A stretch of 63,275 nt of DNA, the filler included, from Choristocarpus tenellus KU-1152 (taxonomy: Eukaryota > Protista > Phaeophyceae), in the NCBI GenBank assembly GCA_964200185.2. It is 11 parts of 11 records of this genome, joined end to end, with 100 filler letters (N's around TTAATTAATTAA, not from the genome) between each part and the next. Parts side by side here need not be neighbours in the genome. Positions count along the whole stretch, not along the records: positions 52,130 to 55,909 come from CAXNAD020017967.1; positions 56,010 to 59,985 come from CAXNAD020016835.1; positions 60,086 to 63,275 come from CAXNAD020021662.1; 8 more parts are not named here. One strand, written 5' to 3'. The notes under the pieces were generated by a model. That model searched no databases. It saw nothing but the letters and a program-made list of their open reading frames with translations, and was not told where the DNA came from. Positions 52,515 to 63,275 of this stretch are shown one piece after another (the first letter of the stretch is position 1; the number at the start of each line of letters is the position of its first letter). A program made the position numbers and the translations under genes.

Positions 52515-54190
52515 ATAAGAATCTCTCCTTTTCTAGCTAAGTCCATCAGAAAATGATGTCGGACATCAATGTGCTTTGTTATAGTAGAGCTTGCGGCATT
52601 TCGTACTGGTTTGCATGCACCATCGTTATCCTCAAACATGCCAATGCAACCCCTAGGAAACTATGCCTGAATTAACTCAAAAACGCTTCTCAAGAAAAGT
52701 AATTCCTAGGCCACACTGCTAAGAGCTATATACTCACTCTCCGTGGAAGACAGAGCTACACCTCTTTATACCTTTGACATCCAAGATATTGCTCCTCCAG
52801 TTACTGATTTAAGATTATTCCAGTATCCGCATAGCTAGCATCAGCATATGCACTCAACTCACACTCAGTATCAAAACTGCCAAAACTCAATCCAGCACTG
52901 GGACACGTATTCAAGTAGGCTAAAATACACTTCATTGCACGCCAATGTGTGACTTTGGGATTTACTACTACTGTACTTGGCAACTTCACGAACTGCCTTT
53001 GCATGTCTAGCCTAAGTCATAACAGATGCCCACGTCAAACTACCAACTGCTTCTCTGTACGGTGTATTTGCATCAACACTTGCATGATCCTCACTATTGT
53101 CCAAAGTCCTTGAGAGATCATGGGGTACCGACCTCTTCTTTGCCCCATCCATACCAAATCTTTGACAAATACTCTTAATGTACCTAGTCTAACTGATGAT
53201 GATAGTCTGTGCAGTTCTGTCACATAAAATCTCACAACCCACATAATATTCAAGATCACCGAAATCTTCTATGGAAAACTGCCCTTCAATCCTGGAGTGA
53301 ACCCAAATCAAAACATCATTTATACCTGCTACCAAAATATCGTCAACGTGAGGGGCTATCACAGCATAAACAACGCCATCTCCTACATATCGTAACACAC
53401 AGGGATCTGCTCTGCATTGCTCAAAACCACACCGTCCCAAAACTTGCACCAACAGATTGTTAAACTCCCTGCTAGCCTGTTTGGTGCCATAAAGAGCTTT
53501 CACTAAACGTACAATCTTTCCTGACCATATACCATATCCATTACATAAACGCACATAAATCTCTTCACTGATGTTTGTCTGGATAAAAGCTTGCTTCACG
53601 TCCCAATGCTTCAATTCCCAACCCTTTTCTGTAGCTAATGCTAAAACCATTTTCAAAGACGCAAGGGACGATGTTGGTATATCTTGGTAATTTAAACCCT
53701 CAATCTGTCGAAAACCTTTTGCTACCAAAGGTGCCTTGTATCTCACTACCTCCCCAAATTTGTTAGTTTACGCTTGTAAATCCATTTAGTATCTATTGCC
53801 CTGCGTCCAGGGGGTAATACGGCCTCCACCCAAACATTATTCAACAACAAGCCAGACATCTCTTCTGCTCTAGCTCGATCCCATAAATCACATTCGCGAG
53901 AGCTTCGTGCAGCTCTTACAGTCTTGGATTCTGGAGGAACCTCAGCTGCTAACGCTCTAATACAAATCATCACACGCACACATCACAAGGGTAGTCTCAA
54001 TGGAAAAAGACAAAAAAAGTCATAAAAAATTGGACACACAAAAACAGAAGCTTTGGCGAACGTGTTCTGATGGTTACCAGACCTTGTGTGGTGAGGAAGG
54101 GTGTTGTCATTGTCGCCATTGCCAATGCGGAGCCGTCGAAGTTCCCTGTCACACTGAACATCCTTAGCCTCATCCACCCCGTCATCATCT
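52515..54190 (-). mobile_element. Degenerate Ty1/copia retrotransposon pol (RT + RNase H)
   Basis: Motifs AIDTKWIYKRK, YKAPLVAKGFRQIEG, WDVKQAF, LVKALYGTKQASREF, HVDDILV, LSAYADASYA and KHIDVRHHF, interrupted by frameshifts and stops. Confidence 0.95.
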
Positions 54191-54199
54191 TCATCAGCT

Positions 54200-55700
54200 C
54201 ATCACAAGACCCGATGTAAGCTACAGGAAGCTGAAACGGGCAATAGTATCATCATCGTCATCCCAACAAAGTGGACCTGCACCTTTGACACAAATGGAAA
54301 GCTGGAGGCTAAGAGACATGAGATATGGTACGATCAATAACAAGCAAGAACTGGAGGTCAAGAAGATACTTTGGGTACCTGGTATGCCATGCCGGATATT
54401 GAGCAGTGGGACCCTGGGACAAGATGACGGAGTTAATCGAGGCAATGCAGCCGGAGCTGCAATCCTGAGCCTGAGCCTGAGAGAGCAGTTGTCACAACAC
54501 TTGTCCCTGAAGGGGGCACGCCCGTTGATTGGAGACCCCAAGATTCTTGCTTTCGGAATGAGAAAAGCAATTGCTGTACCTGCCACTAGGGAAGCAGGAC
54601 ATTAGCAGGAGCAGTAACTATGCCTCCATCAGAAAGGAAAGGAGGAGCTAACCGTGGGGAGCCTGGGAATACTCTAGCCGTTGGGACCATAAACTCATGG
54701 AAGAGAACACAGAAGGTCAGCGGAGGAGGCGGCCAAGGTACAACTGGTCAACGTACGGACCATATTACAACAGGATCCCCTACCAGAGACGAGATCAGGA
54801 CCAACAGAAGATGTTTAAACTGTGGACTGATCAAGCATATTGGTCCTTGTTCTTTTGAAGGAATATGCTACAACTGTGGAGGTAAAGGAAACCTTCCGAT
54901 CGTTTTTCACCAGAGGAGAGCGACACTGTCTTAGCAGGCGGAGGAATTAGCTGGACCAGGGTTGGAGCCAGAAAAGAAAAACAGAGGAAGCTTGTCAGCA
55001 AAGGGCTGCCTGCTCAAGACTTGTAAGTCTGGGAAGTAAATAATATCTACTCCAGACCATCAAGAACCATCTTTCATATCAGAGGCACCCTGGAGAGGAA
55101 GGTTGTTAGCAATGGACTTTACTCAACGAGAGGATGTACAAGACATTCAATTATGATTGGCTTCAAGCCTGGGGGAGTGAGTATTACGTCAACAGGACAA
55201 GCAGCAAAGGATGGACAGTTCAAACCCAAGAATGGACCGCGATGATGCATGGAATGAGGCATGCAAAATTCCTCAGAGGCATCCCGAGGGAGCTGGGCAT
55301 ACTCAAAGGGGTCACGGTTTGGTATGGAGACAATCGAGGTGTGATCCAAGCAGCAATAACTGAAGCGTGTGTGAAAATTGAAGTAATCTGCGTTCTTTTA
55401 CTGCGTTGGCAAGATAAATGTGATGTGTGTGAGAATTGAAACAATCTGACGTCTTTTACTTCCACTCTCGTGGGGGAGTGTGCAGAATGGGGAGTGTACA
55501 AAACAATATTTTTTAGGTTTGAGAGTTCCAGCAACTTTTCATTACCTGCACTCTCATGGGGGAGTGTGCAAAATAGGACAATAGTGAAGTGTACCTTATT
55601 TTGTGTATATGAGGTTATTGTGTTGAATTGAGTCCATGTTATGTAACTAATGAGATAGTGCATCCGGATTATGTATTGGTATTTATTCCGCATTCAACTA
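54200..55700 (+). mobile_element. Internally deleted Ty1/copia-like relic: gag with decayed zinc knuckles, RNase H remnant, polypurine tracts and putative LTR
   Basis: Knuckles CLNCGLIKH..C and CYNCGGKG; RNase H-like segment FLRGIPRELG..VTVWYGDNRGVIQ. GGGGGAGTGTGCA occurs at ~55472 and ~55558. Confidence 0.65.
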
Positions 55701-56009
55701 CTTTGACATAACCGTTGACTTAGATAGGAAGCACAATAAATAATAAACAAGCAATGGGAAGACACTCCACAAAGATCTCTCTTCTAATTTCAACCATGTA
55801 ATCACGTTCAGCAAAGGGGGTCGTGCGAGGCTTCACACCTTCTTGTCTTCACTACTAACAAATAGCATTGCCTTTCAAGGTAATTTGCACAAAATATCAC
55901 TAGTATTGGNNNNNNNNNNNNNNNNNNNNNNNNNNNNNNNNNNNNNNNNNNNNTTAATTAATTAANNNNNNNNNNNNNNNNNNNNNNNNNNNNNNNNNNN
56001 NNNNNNNNN

Positions 56010-56188
56010 CCAAGGTATCTGGGGTGGGGGGTGGGGGGGGTCTACACCAGGGTGTCTATTTGGCCAAAATCAGGAAAAGTGCATTTACACTATTCATCCG
56101 ACGTATGCAACCAAATCACCCAAAAATCACGACATGAAAAAATTGTCCCCAAATTGACAGTCGCCACCCCCCCCAGATACTTTAAGCC
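56010..56188. mobile_element. MITE family B copy
   Basis: caaggtatctgggg...ccccagatacttt; internal sequence matches 1-155. Confidence 0.8.
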
Positions 56189-56441
56189 ATAATATGAGCG
56201 AAAGTAAACGAGAGGGGAAAGGGGGTTTATCTGTTGTCACACCATTATTGTCATATGCCATACACCGTCATTACCATCCAAGATTCCTTGTCAGGAATCC
56301 TGGATTCCAGTGGGGGATCTTGGTGATCCTAGAGACCAGTTCCACAGGTAGTGGATTTCTCTTCGTTCAGAGATACCAATATTCACTTTGGGGTTGAAGT
56401 GGACAGAAGAACCCCCCTATGTGTGGGAATCACCCTGGTCT

Positions 56442-57322
56442 TGTAGAACCACTGCTGTCATATTTTTTTACTTCTTCGAACGAAGGTTAGGGTTATTTTT
56501 CACACACAAGTCAGGGTTAGGGTTAGGATTAGAGTTAGGGTTAGAGCTAGGATTTCAAAAATGTTTGTGAAAAAGTGCAATGTGGTGGATCGTTGAGAGG
56601 TAGTGGTTTTCCAGTGCGTACTATACTCCACTCCTATAATGTTTCTTTAGCTGGTTGGGGATATTTCTCATACACAAGTTAGGGCTGGGATAGGTTAAGG
56701 GTTGGGGATCAGGTTGGGCTTTCGAATATGCCTGCGAAAAATGCTGAAGTACATAGAGGAACCCCCGTCTTCGGGAAACACCACTGTAATTCTTCTCACT
56801 GTTTCTTGCTGAATTTGAGTGTGTTTGTTTTGATTTATTTCTTTTCAGTGAGTTCACTTTTTCGCACTCATTTTTGGAAAACTAACCCTATCTCTATCCC
56901 TAGGACTCAAAGTATCTGTGGGGGGAGGGGGTCTACACCGCAATGTCCATTTAGCCCTGACCAGGAGAAGTGCACTTACATTATCCATCCGACATATGCA
57001 AACAAATTCACCCAAAAATCGGGGCACAGAAAAATGGGATACAAATGGACAGCCACAACCACTCCCCAGATACTTTGAGCCCTAAACTTTACTCTTAACT
57101 TTTGTATGAAGAATATGCCTAACCAGTCAAGGACACATTGTATAAGTGGAATGTAGTATGCATTGGAGAGCCACTATCTCTCAAGGTTCCACCAGTTTCC
57201 ACTTTTTCGCACATTTTCGAAAACTCAACCCTAACCCCTAACCCTAACCCTGAGCTGTTTTTGAAAAAGAAAACTACACTATGTTGGAAAAATGGAAAGA
57301 ATTATGAGTGTGATGGTTCCCA
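56442..57322. mobile_element. Cluster of family E elements (56442-56613, ~56625-57125, 57164-57322) with a nested family B MITE
   Basis: Repeated blocks aaggttagg..ttttcacacacaagtcagggttagggttag..ttttgaaaa..tgtgaaaaagtg..gtggttttcca in both orientations. Confidence 0.7.
56904..57081. mobile_element. MITE family B full copy
   Basis: GACTCAAAGTATCT(G-tract)...(C-tract)AGATACTTTGAGCC. Homologous copies lie at 1-155, 48798-48865, 56010-56188 and 60086-60237. Confidence 0.85.
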
Positions 57323-58609
57323 AAGACAAAGGGATTCCTCTGCACCCTTCCCCACTTGAGTTTCCTATTAGCATGCACATCAGAAGTAGGACGACATTCA
57401 TTGCAATTGTCCCTCGCCAGTACTTAACTGACCCACATTGCACAATTATAGCATTTTTTGTACAACAGTAGGACCATATGTTTGTGATCACCCCCCTTTC
57501 TCCCCATACAACCACCACGAAAGGTTGAGACAACATTACATGCTTATCATTTGTCGTATTCAGAGAAGAAGTGACAAACTTAAAAGGAGAAACTAGATAG
57601 AAAAGATTTTGTGCTCCGCAACACATGCAACAGGGATCAATATTTTGATCGGAAGTGGCAATAACTATTTCACTGGTATATTATTTACAGTTTCAAAAAT
57701 TCGTAGTAGAGTGATTAAACTTGCAAAGTGTCCTTGAAACTACCAATGATCATATATCAATGACACAACAACAGAAAGCTTCTCACTGCATGCGTATGTT
57801 GATCTAGGAAACAAAATGGCATCATAAATCAGCCAAGTATTGAAACCTATACAACATGCTCACTTTTTCATTTCAACCTCAATGTTTAACAACACATGCG
57901 ATACACAACACCCTCCACGAATCAGTCACAAACTTTATGTATCACTATGATTGTTCTCCATTGTGTTCGATTCAGAACTAGGTAGTGTGGGCCAACTTTG
58001 TCCACACAAAACATTGCTTAGGTCTAAAAACCCAACAATCCACATCATCCGCATCATGTGACTGCAAGATCATGGAATATGCGTGACCACAATACAGACC
58101 TATTGAATACAATGTTCCACCCTCTCAGCAAACTACCAACCCTATACACCAGTGTTGCTAATGCACAGCTATATACACATCATTCGATCATCTTTATGAA
58201 ATCAAACATGTCACGTGTTCACAATGAGAATATCCACACACATCACTAACCTTAGTTTTGCTACCATGTAGTATAACACGTGCCAAACTACAATGGAATT
58301 TGGACTGACCAAATAGAGACAGTTTAAAGAACTTATACAAGAAAACTCTTCGTAATCATAAAAATCATCTTCTGACCAGGAGCACCAAAAAAGTATGCAG
58401 TTCAATGTATTACACCAAGACAAACATGCAACAACTACAACTCACAAGAAGACCTACTGGGCAGCAAAAAACAACTACACAAAAAGAGTCCATAGATGTC
58501 ATCACTTATTGCATTACACTCCAGTTCATTTTCCAGAACCTGTAAGATTGAACAAGCTAACACGGTACCTCAAAACAAAACCTAACTTATTTGCCGTAAA
58601 ACATCAACA

Positions 58610-59659
58610 TCATAACCCCTGTTCCATCAAAGTGGTCCAGGGATCATGTCGTGGAGCCCCCTCCTTGAAAATGGCATAGTTGTCACCAGTCTTCCCCAGC
58701 GGTGTAACATTTGTTTTGTGCTGAACATAGTCAGACCCACCCTTCACAGCAGCAGCAGCTCCAACTCCAAGACCAGCTGTATCCCATGCATCATGGAAAT
58801 CGAAACCCATCTTCTCACAATGTGCCCAGGTGAATGTATCGTAGACATATGAAAGAGCATTCTCACGTGGGTCCAGGGACCTCAACACCTCACGGTTGGT
58901 GAACTTGTCAATTGCAGTTTCTCCCCAGATAGTAACAGGCAGGGTCTGACCAGTGGTTTCCTTGAAGCCAAAAGGAAACTTATCACTACCTCGATGCCCC
59001 ACACACTGCCCAGACTCATCGGAGCTGACAACAATGTCATAGGTTTCTCCATCCTCATCAGTGTATGTTGCAGTGTGGTCCGGCCAGGTGGTATCAGTCA
59101 GGGTACCAGTCAACATCTAGGCCAAGATAATGAAGCAATTAATTGGACATGGAGCAGGTACAAGGTCAGTACATCACTATGATCTTATGTATGACTTTTC
59201 TCATAGCCAGAAAAGCGAATTAAGAAAGTCCTAGACAAGCTAGAACTCAACAATAGCTTAACTTGTGTGATGCTTCAGATGCAGACACGCAATTTCTACT
59301 CTTCATACACAATATATGCTTGCACTCACCTTATATTGCATGAGCCTCTCCATGGTGCCATGGGTAGGCCAGAATGAGGGATCCAAGGGAGAACTAGCCT
59401 GAACCTGGTCACCATCATTAACCGGTCTGTTGCACAAAAGGCGTGCCACTTCACGTCTGGTGTCCTCATCGAAGTCTTCACCTGACACCAAACTATCAGC
59501 AACACCCATGACCTCGAGAATTTCCAAGTAGTCATCTGAGCCTTTGTTGAAGTCATGGTTCAAGCAACCACAGTATGCTTGATCAAAGACCTGTTCATCC
59601 AACGCATTGTAGCCAAGTGTGTCAAGTGAAGCAAGAGAAGATGGAACTGGATTGTACAA
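58610..59659 (-). CDS. Tyrosinase/type-3 copper protein-like, last two exons: 59659-59330 and 59116-58610; 5' part missing
   Basis: CuB-like motif ASSPLDPSFWPTHGTMERL. The intron is GT-AG, phase 0 (AAG|GTGAGT...CCTAG|ATG). The terminal exon contains CVGHRGSDKFPF and ends EQGL*. Confidence 0.78.
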
Positions 59660-60085
59660 CTACAAAAATACCTGCAACTAGAGTTGAAGTATGAATTACA
59701 CACTCCTGCAAGGTTCTTTGTCTTGATTGTGGAATGATGCAGACCAAACCCTCCGCGATCAAAATCAAAGCACTACTTATGCCAATTTCAATTTTGAGGG
59801 TAATAAGTCATTATGTGCTATGCGTGTTTCAACCTGAGGTCTTGTGGGACATCAGATGTGTTCTGTCTGGTTTGGAATAGAATGCTGTAAGAGATGCCAG
59901 ATATAATAGTGGGTCAAAGTATCTTGGGGGGGGGGGGGCGGCGTCCGCGCTTCCCCCGTGTGCCGATGTTCCCTTTTTTGGAGAGNNNNNNNNNNNNNNN
60001 NNNNNNNNNNNNNNNNNNNNNNNNNNNNNTTAATTAATTAANNNNNNNNNNNNNNNNNNNNNNNNNNNNNNNNNNNNNNNNNNNN

Positions 60086-60237
60086 GGGGGTCTACACCAG
60101 GTTGTCCATTCGGGCCCTGACCAGGAAAAGCGCACTTACATTATCCATCTGACGCATGAAACCAAATCACAAAAATCTCAACATGGAAAATGGACCCCAA
60201 ATAAACAGTCATCACCCCCCCCCAGATACTTTGAGCC
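60086..60237. mobile_element. MITE family B copy (left end in gap)
   Basis: Internal sequence matches 56904-57081; ends CCCAGATACTTTGAGCC. Confidence 0.8.
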
Positions 60238-60973
60238 ATGCTTCATTTCTGGAGAAACAAAAACGTCTCTTGATTTCCCCTATGAATCCATATAACTCTC
60301 CCCTCTCACTGTCCATACGACAGATGCATAGGATAAAGGGGGATTAAAGCGCCAAGTACTGCGGTTTGTTTCAACCAAAAATTTCGTGGCAGCTGCAACA
60401 CTTAGTTTCGACTTGAGGTCAGAGCAGAAAAAAAATCCCACACATATATGGTGTAAATAAATAGTATAACGTACCCCTTCATACAATCAAATTGATCTAT
60501 GGCCATGAATATCGACACAGAAACCACCAACTGCTTTAACATGTGTTGATTTACACTCTTCTAGGAGCATACCTGACCATTCCCACAAGAGAGAAGTATT
60601 ATCAATTTCCCAGGAAAAGATTAAAATATGTAAGGCCCCTTTCCCTTTGTCCAATGGCCAACAAGCAGTTTGGGCTTGTTCCATAATTGGATAGCTAAAA
60701 GAGGACTTCTTGGAACGCCAAACACCCCTGAAGGAATTCCTAGAGTCTCGTCTCCGAAAGGAGCTGAGTGGGGTCTGACTACCCCAGAAACAAGGAATAC
60801 AGCCAACAGGTGCTTATTATATGGGGAAAAATCGCTCAAAGGGATCATCATCTGCTACCGACCTTCCATCAGACCTATCTTGTTATGAACATAGCTTTAC
60901 AAAAAACACAAACACAAACTTACCAATCACTCCATTGTTTTTCACCCTCACTCCCCTCTGACTACATACTTAC

Positions 60974-62349
60974 CTCAACGAGGTTGGCGTCTTCAGTATC
61001 GTACGGGAACCACTGCCCGCCTTGAGACTTCACAAAGTAGGTTACCCTCCTCACGCGCCGACTTTCAACTTCATCACTCCAATACAAGGGCATCATCAAC
61101 ATTTGCTGATTGCGACAAGACAGCACACACACCGGTACACAGGGATGTGGACTCACATTAAAGAAAAACCAAGACGGTGAGAAAATTATCATTTTGATCC
61201 TTCTCATGCTGTTGTGGTATTTGTGGAGGAATGGGGAAGTTTGTCACATCACTATAATCTGTTAGTATCATACTCTAGATATATATTGGAGACACAATCT
61301 TCACGCAAAGTTCATATGATACATATCTGCATCAGGTGTAAAATATTGGTACAAGGGTAAACGCATGCGCAACTATTAGAAGTCATATGCTGAGTCTCGA
61401 AGTATTTGTGAAATTTTCGCACAAAACACTTGGAGATATATTTTGTAGCACCTAACGCTACAATATATAATCCAAACAATTTATTTTCTCAGGCACAAAA
61501 TTTACCTATCCTGTAACACAACACTTTTCCAGGCAAGAGGATTTGATTGCTCAACGCAACTGATTCTGTCTTGAGTCGAAATGGGTCATCATTGATGTAT
61601 TTTCTGGACCGCAGGGAGTCAACTCAAGATCCAACCATATACTCCAAAGCTCATTCTGAACTGTGCAGTTGAGGGGAAAACTCTATCCAGACCAAAACAT
61701 CGAATGTCATGAGGAGAAACTGATATTCCAGGAGAACATGCCTTGCCACATCCTCCTCGTGTCGATGCATCCCTGTATCCACGAGGTGCTCCCCAAACGC
61801 CCAGACCATCATATTCTATGACCATTGATTTTCAATATCAGAGTAGAGAAAGTAGCTACAATTCGGCGGAGTGATCACACGGTGATAGTATCATCCTTAT
61901 TCTGGCACAGCAAGAAGTTGCGATTACTACCTACTGGAAAGTCTTCCCAACTATCTTTTCCACAGAAGTTGCAAGTTGAGCTTAGGGGGATAGGTGCAAA
62001 GCGGAAAGCACAGATAACGAAACACACCTTTACGTCAACGACATATTTGCGCCCATATACGAGCACTTTACCATCATCCATCCGTTCATCACGGTGTTCC
62101 TCTTCCAGTCTCATGCTGTCCAATAAAGGAAAGGGTTCCCAGCGGACATGATGCAAGGAGTTGGACGCCGCAGACTTGGAAGAAGCATCTGGCAGTGACT
62201 GTACAGTGACGTCATGAGGGTAAAGTTGGATAATCAGGGATGTATGAGAGGGTTTGCGTTGATCTCTGTATTGACCAATCATCGCGATGGCTCTATGAGC
62301 ACTACATTACATACATCTCGATGCGACACGTGGTATGTCCAAGTATGCA
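60974..62349 (-). CDS. DDHD/SEC23IP-like intracellular phospholipase A1, N-terminal-region exons 62349-62315, 62198-62028, 61105-60974 (partial; a further upstream exon is likely near 62590-62715)
   Basis: The spliced peptide HTWTY...RWEPFPLLDSMRLEE...KVLVYGRKYVVDVK|QMLMMPLYWSDEVESRRVRRVTYFVKSQGGQWFPYDTEDANLVE parallels the DDHD2/SEC23IP pattern HWFY..WIPF..DS..LEE..GGRYDV..YW..VRRCTWF..VPY. GT-AG sites are in frame. Confidence 0.75.
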
Positions 62350-62909
62350 CTGGGCATCACTTCCAAGCAGATGTAAGGAGCTAGGAGGAAGCCCTGTACG
62401 CATGCTCTGGTGCAAATCAGCACACACCGAAGAGGAGGCGAATTTCAGAGTGCTCAGTCTAACGTCAGATTCACAACTGATACACATGGTAGAGGTTCCC
62501 ACGAAGCCTTAAAACAATAGAAGCGTACTAGGGCAACACAGACATCATTCTTCGTCATGTCGAGGACTAATCACCAAGTCATTCTGCACACCTCTACCAC
62601 CCATGCTGGTTCGATGTCCATCTTCTCTTCGAACGTCGAAACTCAGTTGGAGTATTCCTCCCAAACTGTTGAGAGTGAAGGAACTGTGGAAGTCAACTAT
62701 TCCTTCTGATGGATCTAGGGTGTAAAAAACAAAAGAGAAGCATTTTCGAAGGGAACCCCGACAAAGTCCGAAATTTCTGTTTGTCGAAAAGGGGTATGGC
62801 ACTATATACTTTCTTAACTCCGCACTTATATTGTTATACCGTTCACCATTATATAATACCGTGTAGTACAAATCTTGAATATTTTTATTATTATTATAGT
62901 TATATATAT

Positions 62910-63056
62910 TTTTATTATTATGCCCTCTGACATTTTGCAGATATGTCAGGGGGAAATAGTTATATATTTATATTACTATGCCCTAGTTATATATATTATT
63001 ATGCCCTCTGACATTTTGCAGATGTGTCAGGGGGGAAACCAATGAAAACTATATAT
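62910..63056. repeat. Interspersed and locally duplicated hairpin repeat (family G)
   Basis: tattattatgccctctgacattttgcagatgtgtcagggggaaaccaatgaaaactatat occurs twice here and once at ~18660-18725. Confidence 0.8.
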
Positions 63057-63275
63057 ATGTCGTTGTTAGCCCTAAAGAAATAAATATTGTATAAGCCCTA
63101 AATAAATAAGATGTCATAAATGTGAAAAACCCTAATCTATTTGTTATTTCACTACTATGTTGTACTACTGCCCTCCTGTGTCTCCAATCTACCTATACCT
63201 GTGCCCTGGGAGGAGGTAGGTGTTAAAACATAGGCTACTCATTTGTTTCCTGTTGATATGGTACACATTACTACC

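Noticed and set aside
60966-60976. U1 snRNA 5' end (ATACTTACCT)
   Set aside because: It is simply the reverse complement of a splice donor, and no U1 body follows.

Overview
Intron-rich, repeat-rich eukaryotic DNA, most consistent with a stramenopile (ochrophyte or brown-alga-like) nuclear genome. That taxonomy is inferred from gene content and TTAGGG repeats. The window is not contiguous. Ten identical 100-nt spacers (N44-TTAATTAATTAA-N44, a six-frame stop linker) join 11 contigs, so adjacency across spacers is unproven. Spliced genes rebuilt by hand: the 3' end of a front-end (Delta-5-like) fatty acid desaturase, a complete four-exon EntD/Sfp-type 4'-phosphopantetheinyl transferase with a probable GC-AG intron, an intronless ~470-aa orphan ORF head-to-head with it, the 3' end of a tyrosinase-like protein, part of a DDHD/SEC23IP-like phospholipase A1, and two multi-exon hypothetical genes. 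The rest is decayed Ty1/copia, LINE and probable hAT relics plus many non-autonomous elements. These include several MITE subfamilies sharing an AGTATCT-containing terminus, a TAACAG-ended foldback family, and a TIR element carrying telomere-type TTAGGG repeats. I found no CRISPR array, rRNA, confident tRNA or clearly novel multi-gene system. The MITE group, the telomeric-repeat element and the PPTase/orphan pair are the best leads.
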